DNA of 64,000 bases from an uncultured Flavobacterium sp. (GCA_964414655.1 CAYPXI010000001.1:2984-66983); one strand, 5' to 3'. Numbered from the stretch's first letter, positions 1 to 11,485 are shown. A program made the numbers and translations. The notes: a model not told the origin generated them from the sequence alone.

Positions 1-1
1 A

Positions 2-265
2 AAAAAAGGACCTTTTGTACACTATAAATTAGATAAAAAAGTTCAAGAAAACATCGCCGGTGGAAATAAAGGAGTGGTTAAGACTTGGTCTAGAGCTTCT
101 ATGATTACACCCGATTTCGTAGGACAAACTATCGCAGTTCACAATGGTCGTCAATTTGTTCCAGTGTATGTAACTGAGAACATGGTAGGACACAAATTAG
201 GAGAATTTTCACCAACAAGATCGTTCAGAGGTCACGCTGGAGCAAAAAATAAAGGTAAAAAATAA
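2..265 (+). CDS. rpsS: 30S ribosomal protein S19 (5' end cut by window edge)
   Basis: Frame 2 reads [14 protein letters not shown]...[18 protein letters not shown], typical S19; it is first in the r-protein string. Confidence 0.95.
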   Translation, partial: KKGPFVHYKLDKKVQENIAGGNKGVVKTWSRASMITPDFVGQTIAVHNGRQFVPVYVTENMVGHKLGEFSPTRSFRGHAGAKNKGKK

Positions 266-271
266 GAAGCA

Positions 272-682
272 ATGGGAGTTCGTAAAAGAGAAACAGCAGA
301 TGCGAGAAAAGAGGCTAATAAGTCGATTGCTTTCGCGAAATTGAATAACTGCCCTACTTCACCTAGAAAAATGCGCTTAGTAGCAGACTTGGTAAGAGGT
401 CAGAAAGTGGAAAGAGCTTTAAATATTTTAAGATTTAGCTCAAAAGAAGCTTCACGCAAATTAGAAAAACTATTATTATCGGCTATCAACAACTGGGAGC
501 AAAAGAATAGTGATGGTAATGTAGCAGAAGCAGGCTTATTTGTTAAAACAATCACTGTTGATGGTGGAATGATGTTAAAAAGACTTCGTCCAGCTCCACA
601 AGGAAGAGCACACAGAATTAGAAAACGTTCTAACCACGTTACTATCGTATTAGGACAATTAGATAACACACAAAGTAATTAA
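272..682 (+). CDS. rplV: 50S ribosomal protein L22
   Basis: 136 aa; ...[23 protein letters not shown]; lies between S19 and S3. Confidence 0.96.
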   Translation: MGVRKRETADARKEANKSIAFAKLNNCPTSPRKMRLVADLVRGQKVERALNILRFSSKEASRKLEKLLLSAINNWEQKNSDGNVAEAGLFVKTITVDGGMMLKRLRPAPQGRAHRIRKRSNHVTIVLGQLDNTQSN

Positions 683-690
683 TAAACAGT

Positions 691-1434
691 ATGGGACAAA
701 AGACAAATCCAATTGGAAATCGCCTTGGTATCATTAGAGGATGGGATTCAAACTGGTATGGTGGTAATGACTACGGTGATAAAATCGCTGAAGATTACAA
801 AATCAGAAAGTACATCCACGCTCGTTTATCAAAAGCTAGTGTATCAAAAGTAATCATCGAGAGAACTTTGAAACTTGTAACCGTTACTATCACTACTGCT
901 CGACCTGGTATCATTATCGGGAAAGGTGGTCAAGAGGTAGACAAGTTGAAAGAAGAACTTAAGAAAATTACAGACAAAGAGGTTCAAATTAACATCTTTG
1001 AAATTAAAAGACCTGAGTTAGATGCTTATTTAGTTGCAACAAGTATCGCTCGTCAAATTGAAAGTCGTATTTCATACAGAAGAGCTATTAAAATGGCTAT
1101 CGCAGCAGCAATGCGTATGAATGCTGAAGGTATCAAAGTGATGATTTCGGGTCGTTTGAATGGTGCTGAAATGGCACGTTCTGAAATGTTCAAAGAAGGT
1201 AGAATTCCTCTATCAACTTTCAGAGCCGACATCGACTATGCTTTAGGAGAAGCTCATACTACCTATGGTAGAATGGGTATCAAAGTATGGATCATGAAAG
1301 GTGAAGTTTACGGAAAACGTGATTTATCTCCACTTGTTGGAATGGATAAAAAACAAGCTTCTGCAGGTAAAGGTGGTGATGCTCCAAGAGGAGGAAAACC
1401 AAATGGTAAATCAAACCCTCGTAAAAGAAAGTAA
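691..1434 (+). CDS. rpsC: 30S ribosomal protein S3
   Basis: 247 aa; [14 protein letters not shown]..., [12 protein letters not shown]; K/G-rich tail. Confidence 0.97.
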   Translation: MGQKTNPIGNRLGIIRGWDSNWYGGNDYGDKIAEDYKIRKYIHARLSKASVSKVIIERTLKLVTVTITTARPGIIIGKGGQEVDKLKEELKKITDKEVQINIFEIKRPELDAYLVATSIARQIESRISYRRAIKMAIAAAMRMNAEGIKVMISGRLNGAEMARSEMFKEGRIPLSTFRADIDYALGEAHTTYGRMGIKVWIMKGEVYGKRDLSPLVGMDKKQASAGKGGDAPRGGKPNGKSNPRKRK

Positions 1435-1453
1435 TTTTTTAAATTAAAGAAAA

Positions 1454-1873
1454 ATGTTACAGCCTAAAAGAACAAAATACCGTAAGGTACAAAAAGGTAG
1501 AATGAAAGGTTTGGCTCAAAGAGGTCATATGCTTTCTAGCGGAATGTTCGGAATCAAATCAATGGATTCAGCATTTTTAACTTCTCGTCAAATTGAAGCA
1601 GCTCGTATCGCAGCAACTCGTTTTATGAAAAGAGAAGGTCAATTATGGATCAATATTTTTCCAGACAAGCCTATCACTAAGAAGCCTCTTGAAGTACGTA
1701 TGGGTAAAGGTAAAGGAGCAGTTGAGTATTGGGCTGCTGTTGTTAAACCCGGAAGAATTATGTTTGAAGTTGGAGGTGTTCCTTTGGCGGTTGCTAAAGA
1801 AGCATTGCGTTTAGCCGCTCAAAAACTTCCAGTTAAAACTAAGTTTGTTGTTGCTAGAGATTTCGAAGCATAA
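1454..1873 (+). CDS. rplP: 50S ribosomal protein L16
   Basis: 139 aa; [20 protein letters not shown]-terminus. Confidence 0.97.
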   Translation: MLQPKRTKYRKVQKGRMKGLAQRGHMLSSGMFGIKSMDSAFLTSRQIEAARIAATRFMKREGQLWINIFPDKPITKKPLEVRMGKGKGAVEYWAAVVKPGRIMFEVGGVPLAVAKEALRLAAQKLPVKTKFVVARDFEA

Positions 1874-1886
1874 TATCAAGAAAATT

Positions 1887-2075
1887 ATGAAACAATCAGA
1901 AATTATTGGTCTGTCTACAGCTGAGTTACAAGAGAAACTTAGTCAGTTAAAAAAAACATATGCCGACTTAAGAACGGCTCACGCGATTTCACCAATCCAA
2001 AACCCATTGCAAATTAAATTTGTAAGAAGATCGGTAGCAAGATTGGTAACTGAATTAAGCAAAAGAGAACTATAA
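1887..2075 (+). CDS. rpmC: 50S ribosomal protein L29
   Basis: ATG at 1887 gives a 62-aa protein, [18 protein letters not shown]...; the ORF-track start at 1845 overlaps rplP and is unlikely. Confidence 0.9.
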   Translation: MKQSEIIGLSTAELQEKLSQLKKTYADLRTAHAISPIQNPLQIKFVRRSVARLVTELSKREL

Positions 2076-2088
2076 TCTCGCTGAAAAG

Positions 2089-2346
2089 ATGGAAAAAAGA
2101 AATTTAAGAAAAGAAAGAATTGGTGTTGTAACCAGTAACAAAATGGAAAAATCTATTGTTGTTTCTGAAACTCGTAGAGTAAAACACCCATTATACGGTA
2201 AGTTCGTGTTAAAAACTAAAAAATACGTTGCACACGACGAAACAAACGACTGTAACATTGGCGATACAGTAAAGATCATGGAAACACGACCTTTATCAAA
2301 ATCAAAATGTTGGAGATTAGTTGAAATCATTGAAAGAGCGAAATAG
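2089..2346 (+). CDS. rpsQ: 30S ribosomal protein S17
   Basis: 85 aa; [17 protein letters not shown]...[15 protein letters not shown]. Confidence 0.96.
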   Translation: MEKRNLRKERIGVVTSNKMEKSIVVSETRRVKHPLYGKFVLKTKKYVAHDETNDCNIGDTVKIMETRPLSKSKCWRLVEIIERAK

Positions 2347-2348
2347 TT

Positions 2349-2717
2349 ATGGTACAACAGGAATCAAGATTAAAAGTAGCAGATAACACAGGAGCAAAAG
2401 AAGTTTTGACTATCCGTGTTTTAGGAGGAACGAAACGTCGTTATGCCTCTGTTGGAGATAAAATTGTAGTTTCAATTAAAGACGCAACACCAAACGGAAA
2501 CGTGAAAAAAGGTGCTGTATCAACTGCAGTTGTTGTACGTACCAAAAAAGAAGTGAGAAGAGCTGATGGATCTTATATCAGATTTGACGATAACGCATGT
2601 GTATTGTTGAATGCTGCTGGTGAAATGAGAGGAACTCGTGTTTTTGGTCCGGTTGCCAGAGAACTTCGTGAAAAACAATTCATGAAAATTGTATCATTAG
2701 CACCTGAAGTGCTTTAA
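2349..2717 (+). CDS. rplN: 50S ribosomal protein L14
   Basis: 122 aa; [18 protein letters not shown]. Confidence 0.97.
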
Positions 2718-2725
2718 TTCGATTA

Positions 2726-3043
2726 ATGATGACAAAGTTAAAAATCAAAACTGGAGACGTTGTAAGAGTTATTGCTGGAGACCATAAAGGTGCTGAAGGT
2801 AAAGTTCTTAAAGTTGACCGTGAGAATAATAAAGCGATTGTTGAAGGTACTAATATGGTTTCAAAACACACGAAACCAAGTGCAAAAAAACCTCAAGGCG
2901 GAATCGTAAAGAAAGAAGCTCCTATTCATATTTCAAACTTGTCTTTGATAGATCCAAAATCTAAAAAAGCAACTAAAGTAGGTATGAAAACTGAAGGAGA
3001 TAAGAAAGTAAGATTTTCAAAAAAATCTAATCAAGTATTATAG
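2726..3043 (+). CDS. rplX: 50S ribosomal protein L24
   Basis: 105 aa KOW protein; [25 protein letters not shown]; the start is 2726 or 2729. Confidence 0.94.
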   Translation: MMTKLKIKTGDVVRVIAGDHKGAEGKVLKVDRENNKAIVEGTNMVSKHTKPSAKKPQGGIVKKEAPIHISNLSLIDPKSKKATKVGMKTEGDKKVRFSKKSNQVL

Positions 3044-3045
3044 TT

Positions 3046-3597
3046 ATGGCATATATACCTAGACTAAAGGAAGAGTATAAGAGTAGAGTAATTGCTGCTC
3101 TTAAAGAAGAGTTCGGCTACAAAAATGTAATGCAAGTTCCTAAATTGGAAAAAATTGTTATTAGCCGTGGAGTAGGTGCAGCTGTGTCTGATAAAAAATT
3201 AGTGGACTACGCAGTAGAAGAACTAACAAAAATTACAGGTCAAAAAGCAGTAGCAACTATCTCTAAAAAAGACGTAGCGTCATTCAAACTAAGAAAAGGA
3301 ATGCCGATTGGTGCTAAAGTAACGCTTAGAGGTGAAAGAATGTATGAGTTTTTAGATCGACTTATTACTTCAGCTTTGCCACGTGTTAGAGATTTTAGCG
3401 GAATTAAGTCAACTGGTTTTGACGGTAGAGGTAACTATAACTTAGGTGTTTTGGAGCAAATCATTTTCCCAGAAATTGATATTGATAAAGTAAACAAAAT
3501 ATCAGGTATGGACATTACTTTTGTTACTACTGCAAAAACAGATACAGAAGCAAAATCATTATTAGCAGAATTAGGTTTACCTTTTAAAAAGAATTAA
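3046..3597 (+). CDS. rplE: 50S ribosomal protein L5
   Basis: 183 aa; [10 protein letters not shown]..., [15 protein letters not shown]. Confidence 0.97.
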   Translation: MAYIPRLKEEYKSRVIAALKEEFGYKNVMQVPKLEKIVISRGVGAAVSDKKLVDYAVEELTKITGQKAVATISKKDVASFKLRKGMPIGAKVTLRGERMYEFLDRLITSALPRVRDFSGIKSTGFDGRGNYNLGVLEQIIFPEIDIDKVNKISGMDITFVTTAKTDTEAKSLLAELGLPFKKN

Positions 3598-3600
3598 GAT

Positions 3601-3870
3601 ATGGCTAAAGAATCAATGAAAGCCCGCGAGGTGAAAAGACAAAAAACGGTAGAAAAATACGCTGAAAAAAGAAAGGCTTTATTAGAAGCTGGAGATTATG
3701 AAGGCCTACAAAAATTACCGAAAAATGCTTCACCAGTTCGTTTACACAATCGTTGTAAATTAACAGGAAGACCAAGAGGGTATATGCGTCAATTCGGTAT
3801 TTCACGTGTAACTTTTCGTGAAATGGCTAACCAAGGATTAATTCCAGGTGTAAAAAAAGCTAGCTGGTAG
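3601..3870 (+). CDS. rpsN: 30S ribosomal protein S14 (long form)
   Basis: 89 aa; [26 protein letters not shown]...ASW. Confidence 0.96.
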   Translation: MAKESMKAREVKRQKTVEKYAEKRKALLEAGDYEGLQKLPKNASPVRLHNRCKLTGRPRGYMRQFGISRVTFREMANQGLIPGVKKASW

Positions 3871-3882
3871 TTAGTATATTTC

Positions 3883-3936
3883 AGCAGATAATTGTACATT
3901 TGCCGGATTTTTGCCGGTAACGTGCAATTATCTGCT
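3883..3936 (+). promoter_or_regulatory. Perfect 12-bp-stem hairpin inside an unusually long (140 bp) rpsN-rpsH spacer; candidate r-protein regulatory or processing structure
   Basis: AGCAGATAATTG (3883-3894) is the exact reverse complement of CAATTATCTGCT (3925-3936). The 30-nt loop contains GCCGG-ATTTTT-GCCGG, whose CCGG cores can pair. No clear U-tract follows. Confidence 0.4.
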
Positions 3937-4010
3937 TTAAAATAAGAGTTTAATGGCTTCAGGTTCAGTAGAATAGTTCTGTTGAAAACCGTTGCCACAA
4001 TTTAATAAAT

Positions 4011-4409
4011 ATGTATACAGATCCAATTGCAGATTATCTTACGAGAGTTAGAAATGCAGTGAGAGCTAACCACAAAGTGGTAGAGGTTCCAGCATCTAAC
4101 TTGAAAAAAGAAATCACAAAAATTTTATTTGATCAAGGGTATATCTTAAGCTACAAATTTGATGATAGTACTGTTCAAGGTACAATCAAAATCGCTCTAA
4201 AGTATGATAAAGATACTAAAGAGTCTGTAATTAAAGATATCCAAAGAATTAGTAAACCAGGTTTACGTAAGTACGCAGGTGCTTCAAAGTTGCCTAGAAT
4301 CCTTAACGGATTAGGTATTGCTATTGTTTCTACTTCAAAAGGTTTGATGACAGGAAAACAAGCTAAGCAATTAAATGTAGGTGGAGAAGTAATTTGTTAC
4401 GTATACTAA
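4011..4409 (+). CDS. rpsH: 30S ribosomal protein S8
   Basis: 132 aa; MYTDPIADYLTRVRNA. Confidence 0.97.
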   Translation: MYTDPIADYLTRVRNAVRANHKVVEVPASNLKKEITKILFDQGYILSYKFDDSTVQGTIKIALKYDKDTKESVIKDIQRISKPGLRKYAGASKLPRILNGLGIAIVSTSKGLMTGKQAKQLNVGGEVICYVY

Positions 4410-4423
4410 AAAACAGTTAAACA

Positions 4424-4966
4424 ATGTCAAGAATAGGTAAAAATCCAATTTCAATTCCTGCAGGTGTTACTGTTGATGTTAACGATAACACAGTTACTGT
4501 AAAAGGAAAATTAGGTCAACTTACGCAAGATTACGCAGATGTAACAGTGAAAGTTGAAGAAGGTCAAGTAGTTGTTGAAAGACCTTCTGATAGCAAAGAT
4601 CATAGATCGAAACACGGATTGTATCGTGCCTTAATCAATAACATGATTACAGGTGTGTCAACAGGTTTCACAAATGAATTAGAATTAGTAGGTGTAGGAT
4701 ATAGAGCATCTAATCAAGGTCAAAAACTTGATTTAGCTTTAGGTTTTTCTCATAATATCGTTTTAGAAGTGGCTCCAGAAGTTACTTTAGAAACTATTTC
4801 TGAAAAAGGTAAAAACCCTATCGTAAAACTTACATCATATGACAAACAACTTTTAGGTCAAATTACGGCTAAAATTAGAGGTTTCCGTAAACCAGAACCA
4901 TACAAAGGAAAAGGTATCAAGTTTGTAGGAGAAGAGTTAAGAAGAAAAGCAGGTAAATCAGCTTAA
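4424..4966 (+). CDS. rplF: 50S ribosomal protein L6
   Basis: 180 aa; [17 protein letters not shown]. Confidence 0.97.
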   Translation: MSRIGKNPISIPAGVTVDVNDNTVTVKGKLGQLTQDYADVTVKVEEGQVVVERPSDSKDHRSKHGLYRALINNMITGVSTGFTNELELVGVGYRASNQGQKLDLALGFSHNIVLEVAPEVTLETISEKGKNPIVKLTSYDKQLLGQITAKIRGFRKPEPYKGKGIKFVGEELRRKAGKSA

Positions 4967-4977
4967 AAATTAAGATT

Positions 4978-5331
4978 ATGTCATTATCAAAATCTGAAAG
5001 AAGACAAAGAATCAAGTTTAGAATTAGAAAGATTGTTAGTGGTACTGCTACTAAACCAAGACTTTCGGTATTCAGAAGTAATAAAGAAATCTACGCCCAA
5101 CTTATTGACGATGTCAATGGAGTTACATTGTTAGCTGCCTCATCAAGAGATAAAGGAGTTAACTTGTCTGGAACAAACGTAGAGGTTGCAACTGAAGTAG
5201 GTAAACTTGTTGCTGAAAAAGCGTTAAAAGCTGGGATTGACACTGTAACTTTCGATAGAGGAGGTTATTTATATCACGGACGTATTAAATCATTAGCAGA
5301 AGGCGCTAGAGCAGCTGGACTTAAATTCTAA
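4978..5331 (+). CDS. rplR: 50S ribosomal protein L18
   Basis: 117 aa; [38 protein letters not shown]. Confidence 0.96.
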   Translation: MSLSKSERRQRIKFRIRKIVSGTATKPRLSVFRSNKEIYAQLIDDVNGVTLLAASSRDKGVNLSGTNVEVATEVGKLVAEKALKAGIDTVTFDRGGYLYHGRIKSLAEGARAAGLKF

Positions 5332-5337
5332 GAAATT

Positions 5338-5862
5338 ATGTATCATAAATACAAAAACGTAGAGTTAGTAAAACCGAGCGGTCTTGAATTAAAAGATCGT
5401 TTAGTAAGTGTAAATCGTGTTACCAAAGTAACAAAAGGAGGAAGAGCTTTTGGCTTTTCTGCTATTGTTGTTGTAGGTGATGAAAACGGAGTAGTTGGAC
5501 ACGGATTAGGAAAATCTAAAGATGTTTCTGAAGCTATTGCAAAAGCAGTAGAAGATGCAAAGAAAAACTTGGTTAGAATTCCTTTAAGTGGTCAATCTGT
5601 TCCTCACGAACAAAAGGGTAAATTTGGTGGAGCACGTGTATTCTTAATGCCTGCATCTCATGGTACAGGAGTTATTGCTGGTGGTGCTGTTCGTTCAGTA
5701 CTTGAATCAGTTGGTATTCACGATGTATTATCAAAATCTCAGGGATCATCTAACCCACATAACGTGGTAAAAGCAACTTTTGACGCATTACTTCAAATGA
5801 GAAGTGCTGTCACAGTTGCTAAACAAAGAGGTGTTTCTTTAGAAAAAGTATTTAAAGGTTAA
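5338..5862 (+). CDS. rpsE: 30S ribosomal protein S5
   Basis: 174 aa; [24 protein letters not shown]. Confidence 0.97.
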   Translation: MYHKYKNVELVKPSGLELKDRLVSVNRVTKVTKGGRAFGFSAIVVVGDENGVVGHGLGKSKDVSEAIAKAVEDAKKNLVRIPLSGQSVPHEQKGKFGGARVFLMPASHGTGVIAGGAVRSVLESVGIHDVLSKSQGSSNPHNVVKATFDALLQMRSAVTVAKQRGVSLEKVFKG

Positions 5863-5873
5863 TTCAAGGAAAA

Positions 5874-6056
5874 ATGGCAAAGATTATAGTAAAACAAGTA
5901 AGAAGTCAAATTAATTGTCCTCAAACACAAAAGAGAACTTTAGTGGCTTTAGGTCTAAAAAGACTAGGACAAACTGTTGAGCATGATGCTTCTACAACTA
6001 TCCTTGGAATGGTAAATAAAGTAAAACACTTAGTTTCTGTAGAAGAAGCTAAATAA
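5874..6056 (+). CDS. rpmD: 50S ribosomal protein L30
   Basis: 60 aa; MAKIIVKQVRSQINCPQTQKRTL; lies between S5 and L15. Confidence 0.94.
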   Translation: MAKIIVKQVRSQINCPQTQKRTLVALGLKRLGQTVEHDASTTILGMVNKVKHLVSVEEAK

Positions 6057-6068
6057 TAGCAATAAACT

Positions 6069-6521
6069 ATGAATTTAAGTAACTTACAACCAGCAGAAGG
6101 TTCTACACACAACCAAAACAAAAGAGTAGGTAGAGGAGAAGGATCAGGTAAAGGCGGAACTGCTGCAAGAGGTCACAAAGGAGCTAAATCTCGTTCAGGA
6201 TATTCTAAAAAGATCGGTTTTGAAGGTGGACAAATGCCACTTCAAAGACGTGTTCCTAAATTTGGATTTAAAAACATTAATAGAGTAGAATATCAAGGTG
6301 TTAATCTTGATACACTTCAATCATTAGTCGACAACGGAATTGTTACTGATACTGTTGATTTTTCAGTATTAGTTGGTGCTCGTTTGGCCACTAAAAATGA
6401 GCTTGTAAAAGTTTTAGGTAGAGGTGAATTAAAATCAAAATTAAAAGTAACAGCTCACAAATTTACAGCAACTGCAAAAGCAGCTATTGAAGCAGCTGGC
6501 GGTGAAGCAGTAACATTATAA
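6069..6521 (+). CDS. rplO: 50S ribosomal protein L15
   Basis: 150 aa; GRGEGSGKGGTAARGHKGAKSRSG. Confidence 0.96.
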   Translation: MNLSNLQPAEGSTHNQNKRVGRGEGSGKGGTAARGHKGAKSRSGYSKKIGFEGGQMPLQRRVPKFGFKNINRVEYQGVNLDTLQSLVDNGIVTDTVDFSVLVGARLATKNELVKVLGRGELKSKLKVTAHKFTATAKAAIEAAGGEAVTL

Positions 6522-6533
6522 TTTTCTGACTAT

Positions 6534-7877
6534 ATGAAGAATTTTATCGAATCATTAAAAAATGTTTGGAAAATTGAAGAACTAAAGAATAGAATTCTTA
6601 TTACTTTAGGGTTACTTCTTGTTTACCGATTTGGTTCTCACGTTACCCTTCCAGGTATCGATGCAACTCAATTGGCTAATTTACAAGGACAAACTAAAGA
6701 TGGAATTGGTTCTATTCTTGATATGTTTACAGGTGGTTCATTCTCAAAGGCTTCTATTTTTGCCTTGGGGATTATGCCATACATATCAGCTTCAATCGTC
6801 GTACAATTAATGGGTATTGCTATTCCGTATTTGCAAAAATTGCAAAAAGATGGTGAAAGTGGTAGAAAAAAAATCAACCAAATTACACGTTGGTTGACTA
6901 TTGGTATCACTTTACTACAAGGACCAAGCTACATCTACAACTTGTACAGAACAATTCCAGATAGTGCCTTTTTATTAGGGTCAGATTCATTTCCATTCTT
7001 ATTTTCATCAGTATTAATCTTAACTACTGGAACAATTTTTGCCATGTGGTTGGGTGAGAAAATTACAGATAAAGGTATTGGGAATGGTATTTCACTTTTA
7101 ATTATGGTGGGAATTTTAGCAAGACTTCCACAATCTTTAATACAAGAATTTACTTCTAGAGTAACTAATAATAATGGTGGTATAATGTTGTTAGCCATTG
7201 AAGTTATAGTTTGGCTATTAGTAATAATAGCTTGTGTATTATTGGTAATGGCTATTAGAAAAATTCCTGTACAATACGCTCGCAGAACTACTGCAGGTGA
7301 TTTTGAACAAGATATGATGGGTGGTAACAGACAGTGGATTCCATTAAAGTTAAATTCTGCAGGTGTTATGCCTATCATTTTTGCGCAAGCAATTATGTTC
7401 ATTCCCGCAGCATTAGCTGGTCTTTCTAAGTCAGAAACCTCTCAATCTATTGCAGGTGCATTTAGTAATATGTTTGGTGTATGGTACAATTTAGTTTTTG
7501 CATTGTTAATCATCATCTTTACTTTTTTCTACACTGCTATCACTGTTCCAACTAATAAAATGGCAGATGATTTAAAAAGAAGCGGTGGCTTTATACCAGG
7601 TGTTAAACCAGGTGTTGAAACTTCTGATTTCTTAGATAAAGTTATGTCATTAATTACTTTCCCAGGTGCATTATTCTTAGCTTTAATTGCTGTGTTCCCA
7701 GCTTTAATTGTTAATATCGGTGTGCAACAATCATGGGCAATGTTCTATGGCGGAACTTCTTTAATCATTATGGTTGGAGTTGCAATTGATACTATTCAAC
7801 AAATTAATTCGTATCTGTTGAATAAACATTATGATGGTTTGATGAAAAGTGGTAAAAATAGAAAAGCAGTAGCTTAA
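6534..7877 (+). CDS. secY: Preprotein translocase subunit SecY
   Basis: 447 aa, about 10 TM helices; [23 protein letters not shown]; canonical position after rplO. Confidence 0.97.
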   Translation: MKNFIESLKNVWKIEELKNRILITLGLLLVYRFGSHVTLPGIDATQLANLQGQTKDGIGSILDMFTGGSFSKASIFALGIMPYISASIVVQLMGIAIPYLQKLQKDGESGRKKINQITRWLTIGITLLQGPSYIYNLYRTIPDSAFLLGSDSFPFLFSSVLILTTGTIFAMWLGEKITDKGIGNGISLLIMVGILARLPQSLIQEFTSRVTNNNGGIMLLAIEVIVWLLVIIACVLLVMAIRKIPVQYARRTTAGDFEQDMMGGNRQWIPLKLNSAGVMPIIFAQAIMFIPAALAGLSKSETSQSIAGAFSNMFGVWYNLVFALLIIIFTFFYTAITVPTNKMADDLKRSGGFIPGVKPGVETSDFLDKVMSLITFPGALFLALIAVFPALIVNIGVQQSWAMFYGGTSLIIMVGVAIDTIQQINSYLLNKHYDGLMKSGKNRKAVA

Positions 7878-7882
7878 TTTTT

Positions 7883-8098
7883 ATGGCAAAACAATCAGCA
7901 ATAGAACAAGACGGATCAATCATCGAAGCACTTTCGAATGCAATGTTCCGTGTAGAATTAGAAAACGGACATATCGTTATCGCACACATCTCTGGAAAAA
8001 TGCGTATGCATTACATTAAATTGTTACCTGGTGACAAAGTAAAACTAGAAATGAGTCCTTACGATTTGTCAAAAGCAAGAATCACTTATAGATACTAA
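7883..8098 (+). CDS. infA: Translation initiation factor IF-1
   Basis: 71 aa; [38 protein letters not shown]. Confidence 0.97.
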   Translation: MAKQSAIEQDGSIIEALSNAMFRVELENGHIVIAHISGKMRMHYIKLLPGDKVKLEMSPYDLSKARITYRY

Positions 8099-8110
8099 TA
8101 GCTATTTAAT

Positions 8111-8227
8111 ATGAAAGTAAGAGCATCAGTAAAAAAACGTAGTGCAGAATGCATTATCGTTAGAAGAAAAGGTAGATTATACGTAATCAACAAAAAGAAT
8201 CCTAGATTTAAACAAAGACAAGGATAA
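8111..8227 (+). CDS. rpmJ: 50S ribosomal protein L36
   Basis: Absent from the ORF track (<60 aa). ATG 8111 to TAA 8225-8227 translates to [38 protein letters not shown]. Confidence 0.92.
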
Positions 8228-8229
8228 TT

Positions 8230-8604
8230 ATGGCAAGAATAGCAGGGGTAGATATACCTAAAAACAAGAGAGGTGTTATAGCACTAACCTATATCTTCGG
8301 AATAGGTAAAAGTAGAGCTATTGAGATTTTAGAAAAAGCTCAAGTTAGCCAAGATAAAAAAGTTCAAGATTGGAACGATGACGAAATCGGTGGAATCCGT
8401 GACGCTGTATCGTACTACAAAATTGAAGGAGAACTACGTTCTGAAACTTCATTAAACATCAAACGTTTAATGGATATCGGTTGTTACAGAGGAATTCGTC
8501 ATAGATCAGGTCTTCCATTACGTGGACAAAGAACTAAGAACAATTCTAGAACAAGAAAAGGTAAAAGAAAAACTGTTGCTAACAAGAAAAAAGCAACTAA
8601 ATAA
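8230..8604 (+). CDS. rpsM: 30S ribosomal protein S13
   Basis: 124 aa; [15 protein letters not shown]. Confidence 0.97.
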   Translation: MARIAGVDIPKNKRGVIALTYIFGIGKSRAIEILEKAQVSQDKKVQDWNDDEIGGIRDAVSYYKIEGELRSETSLNIKRLMDIGCYRGIRHRSGLPLRGQRTKNNSRTRKGKRKTVANKKKATK

Positions 8605-8612
8605 TTAGTAAT

Positions 8613-8996
8613 ATGGCTAAAGCAAGTACAAAAAAACGTAAAGTTATTATTGAATCTTCTGGCGAAGCGCATATTAATGCCACTTTCAATAACATTATCA
8701 TTTCGTTAACGAATAAAAAAGGTGAAGTTATTTCTTGGTCTTCAGCAGGTAAAATGGGTTTCAGAGGTTCGAAAAAGAACACTCCTTATGCAGCTCAAAT
8801 GGCAGCAGAAGATTGTGGTAAAGTAGCATTAGAAGCTGGTCTTAAAAAAGTAAAAGTTTACGTTAAAGGTCCAGGTAACGGAAGAGAATCTGCTATCAGA
8901 TCAATACACAATTCAGGAATTGAAGTAACTGAAATTATCGACGTTACTCCAATGCCACACAACGGATGTCGTCCTCCTAAAAGACGTAGAGTATAA
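8613..8996 (+). CDS. rpsK: 30S ribosomal protein S11
   Basis: 127 aa; [30 protein letters not shown]. Confidence 0.97.
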   Translation: MAKASTKKRKVIIESSGEAHINATFNNIIISLTNKKGEVISWSSAGKMGFRGSKKNTPYAAQMAAEDCGKVALEAGLKKVKVYVKGPGNGRESAIRSIHNSGIEVTEIIDVTPMPHNGCRPPKRRRV

Positions 8997-9114
8997 TGAT
9001 TGTTGAATTTATTTCAACATCTTTATAAATTTAATAAGTATAACAAAAGATAGAAACCAGATTATCGAAGGATTTAGACCTGAATTCATAATCTCTATCT
9101 AAAAACAATTTAAA
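8997..9114 (+). promoter_or_regulatory. Structured 118-nt rpsD 5' leader (candidate S4 autoregulatory leader)
   Basis: Hairpin TGTTGAA(9001-9007)/TTCAACA(9013-9019). Interrupted 13-bp helix: AGATAGA(9048-9054)+GATTAT(9060-9065) pairs with ATAATC(9088-9093)+TCTATCT(9094-9100), ending 14 nt before the rpsD ATG. Confidence 0.4.
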
Positions 9115-9720
9115 ATGGCAAGATATACTGGTCCAAGCACAAAAATTGCTCGTAAATTTGGCGAAGCAATATTCGGAGAAGACAAAGCCTTCGAAAAAAG
9201 AAATTACCCTCCAGGGCAACATGGTTTAGCAAAAAAGAGAGGTAAAAAATCAGAATACGCAGTACAGTTAATGGAAAAGCAAAAAGCTAAGTACACTTAC
9301 GGTATTCTCGAAAAACAATTCAGAAACTTATTCGAAAAAGCAGCAGCTTCTAAAGGGGTAACAGGTGAAATCCTTTTACAATTATGTGAGGCTCGTTTAG
9401 ACAACGTAGTTTTTAGAATGGGTATCGCTTCTTCAAGAAGAGCAGCTAGACAAATTGTTTCTCACAGACACATCACTGTAAACGGAGAGTTAGTAAACAT
9501 TCCATCGTACCACTTAAAAGCAGGAGATGTTGTTGCAGTTCGTGAAAAATCTAAATCTTTAGAATCTATCGAGCGCTCTTTGGCTAATGCTAAAAACGTG
9601 TACGAATGGATTACATGGAACAACGATACTAAAGAAGGTACTTTTGTTTCTGTTCCTGCTCGTTTGCAAATTCCAGAAAATATCAAAGAACAATTAATCG
9701 TAGAGTTGTACAACAAATAA
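9115..9720 (+). CDS. rpsD: 30S ribosomal protein S4
   Basis: 201 aa; [17 protein letters not shown]; S4 RNA-binding domain ([10 protein letters not shown]). Confidence 0.97.
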   Translation: MARYTGPSTKIARKFGEAIFGEDKAFEKRNYPPGQHGLAKKRGKKSEYAVQLMEKQKAKYTYGILEKQFRNLFEKAAASKGVTGEILLQLCEARLDNVVFRMGIASSRRAARQIVSHRHITVNGELVNIPSYHLKAGDVVAVREKSKSLESIERSLANAKNVYEWITWNNDTKEGTFVSVPARLQIPENIKEQLIVELYNK

Positions 9721-9741
9721 TAATTGACAGTAGTCTAAATT

Positions 9742-10734
9742 ATGGCAATATTTAATTTTCAGAAGCCCGATAAAGTTATCATGATCGATTCAACCGATTT
9801 TGAAGGTAAGTTTGAATTCAGACCTTTAGAACCTGGTTACGGATTGACCGTTGGTAATGCACTTAGAAGAGTTTTACTTTCTGCTTTAGAAGGTTATGCT
9901 ATCACTTCAACCAAAATTGAAGGTGTTGAGCATGAGTTTTCAACAATTTCTGGTGTAGTAGAAGACGTTACTGAAATTATCCTTAATCTAAAACAAGTAC
10001 GTTTCAAACGTCAAATCGAAGATATCGATAATGAGTCAGTTACTATTTCAATCACTGGAAAAGAACAAATTACTGCAGGTGATTTCCAAAAATTCATCTC
10101 TGGTTTTCAAGTCTTGAACCCAGAACTAGTAATTTGTAATCTTGAAAGCAAAGTTAATTTCAATATGGAATTAACCATTGAAAAAGGTAGAGGTTACGTA
10201 CCAGCTGAGGAAAATAAAAAGCAAAATGTTTCTATGGGAACCATTTTTACTGATTCTATTTTCACACCAGTTGTAAACGTGAAATACGCTATTGAAAATT
10301 TCCGTGTTGAACAAAAAACTGATTACGAAAAATTAGTTTTTGAAATCAAAACGGACGGTTCAATCAATCCAAAAGATGCTCTAACCGAAGCAGCTAAAGT
10401 TTTAATTCACCACTTCATGTTATTCTCTGATGAGAGAATCACTCTTGAGGCTGACGAAATTGCACAAACCGATTCCTACGACGAAGAATCATTACACATG
10501 AGACAATTGCTTAAAACTAAGCTTGTTGATATGGATTTATCGGTAAGAGCACTTAATTGCTTAAAAGCAGCTGAAGTTGATACATTAGGAGACCTAGTCT
10601 CTTTTAATAAACACGATTTAATGAAGTTCCGTAACTTCGGTAAAAAATCGCTAACTGAGTTAGACGAATTAGTAGCCAACAAAAACTTAACGTTCGGAAT
10701 GGATTTATCAAAATATAAATTAGATAAAGACTAG
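9742..10734 (+). CDS. rpoA: DNA-directed RNA polymerase subunit alpha
   Basis: 330 aa; NTD plus CTD ([22 protein letters not shown]). Confidence 0.97.
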   Translation: MAIFNFQKPDKVIMIDSTDFEGKFEFRPLEPGYGLTVGNALRRVLLSALEGYAITSTKIEGVEHEFSTISGVVEDVTEIILNLKQVRFKRQIEDIDNESVTISITGKEQITAGDFQKFISGFQVLNPELVICNLESKVNFNMELTIEKGRGYVPAEENKKQNVSMGTIFTDSIFTPVVNVKYAIENFRVEQKTDYEKLVFEIKTDGSINPKDALTEAAKVLIHHFMLFSDERITLEADEIAQTDSYDEESLHMRQLLKTKLVDMDLSVRALNCLKAAEVDTLGDLVSFNKHDLMKFRNFGKKSLTELDELVANKNLTFGMDLSKYKLDKD

Positions 10735-10764
10735 TCGCTTTATCCAAATTAAAAAGCATTTAAA

Positions 10765-11292
10765 ATGAGACACGGAAAAAAAGTAAATCACTTAAGCAGA
10801 CAAACTGGACATAGAAAATCTATGTTAGCAAATATGGCTTGTTCTCTTATCGAGCACAAACGTATTAACACAACTGTCGCTAAAGCAAAAGCGCTTAAAC
10901 AATTCGTTGAGCCTTTAATCACCAAGTCAAAAGAAGATACTACTCACAACAGACGTATCGTTTTCGCATACTTACGTAACAAATACGCTGTAACTGAATT
11001 ATTCAGAGACGTTGCTGCCAAAGTAGGTGATCGTCCAGGTGGATATACTCGTATCATCAAAATGGGTAACCGTTTAGGAGATAACGCTGATATGGCCATG
11101 ATTGAGTTAGTGGATTTCAACGAACTGTACAACGGTGGTAAAAAAGAAGAGAAAAAATCAAAAAGCCGTCGTGGTGGTAAAGCGAAGAAAGCAGAATCAA
11201 CTCCTGCTCCAGAAGCTACTCCAGCACCAGAAGCAAAAGCACCTGAGGCTCCAGAAACTTCTTCAGAAGAAACTACAGAAAGCGCAGAATAA
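10765..11292 (+). CDS. rplQ: 50S ribosomal protein L17 with low-complexity C-terminal tail
   Basis: 175 aa; [24 protein letters not shown], plus a roughly 50-aa K/E/P/A-rich tail ([18 protein letters not shown]). Confidence 0.95.
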   Translation: MRHGKKVNHLSRQTGHRKSMLANMACSLIEHKRINTTVAKAKALKQFVEPLITKSKEDTTHNRRIVFAYLRNKYAVTELFRDVAAKVGDRPGGYTRIIKMGNRLGDNADMAMIELVDFNELYNGGKKEEKKSKSRRGGKAKKAESTPAPEATPAPEAKAPEAPETSSEETTESAE

Positions 11293-11315
11293 TGAAAACG
11301 CTCTTGTAAATACAA

Positions 11316-11350
11316 AGGATAAACTTTTTTTAAGTTTATCCTTTTTTTTT
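11316..11350 (+). terminator. Rho-independent terminator after rplQ
   Basis: GGATAAACTT / AAGTTTATCC stem followed by T9. Confidence 0.85.
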
Positions 11351-11384
11351 GGAGCAGAAATACAGATGTTCTTTACAACAGTTG

Positions 11385-11485
11385 TCCCGCTTTCCACAGT
11401 ATCTTTTATTGCTTTGTCACCCTGAGCGCAGTCAAAGGGCTTTTTCCCTAAGCAATAAAAGGATACTTGCTCCAATCGGGGCTAG
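11385..11485 (-). repeat. About 100-bp GC-rich structured intergenic element, copy 1 (inverted relative to copy 2)
   Basis: The reverse complement begins CTAGCCCCGATTG and ends GGAAAGCGGGA. Internal long hairpin GTATCTTTTATTGCTT / AAGCAATAAAAGGATAC. GC content is well above the flanks. Confidence 0.5.

Noticed and set aside
7877-7883. Absence of adk and map between secY and infA
   Set aside because: As far as I recall this is the usual arrangement in Bacteroidota. It was treated as a taxonomic hint, not an anomaly.
400-9716. Numerous minus-strand ORFs of 60-155 aa inside the ribosomal-protein/secY region (for example 400-669, 2070-2357, 6935-7402, 9462-9716)
   Set aside because: All lie antisense within strongly recognisable conserved genes and show low-complexity or hydrophobic mirror composition. 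They are typical shadow ORFs of AT-rich DNA.
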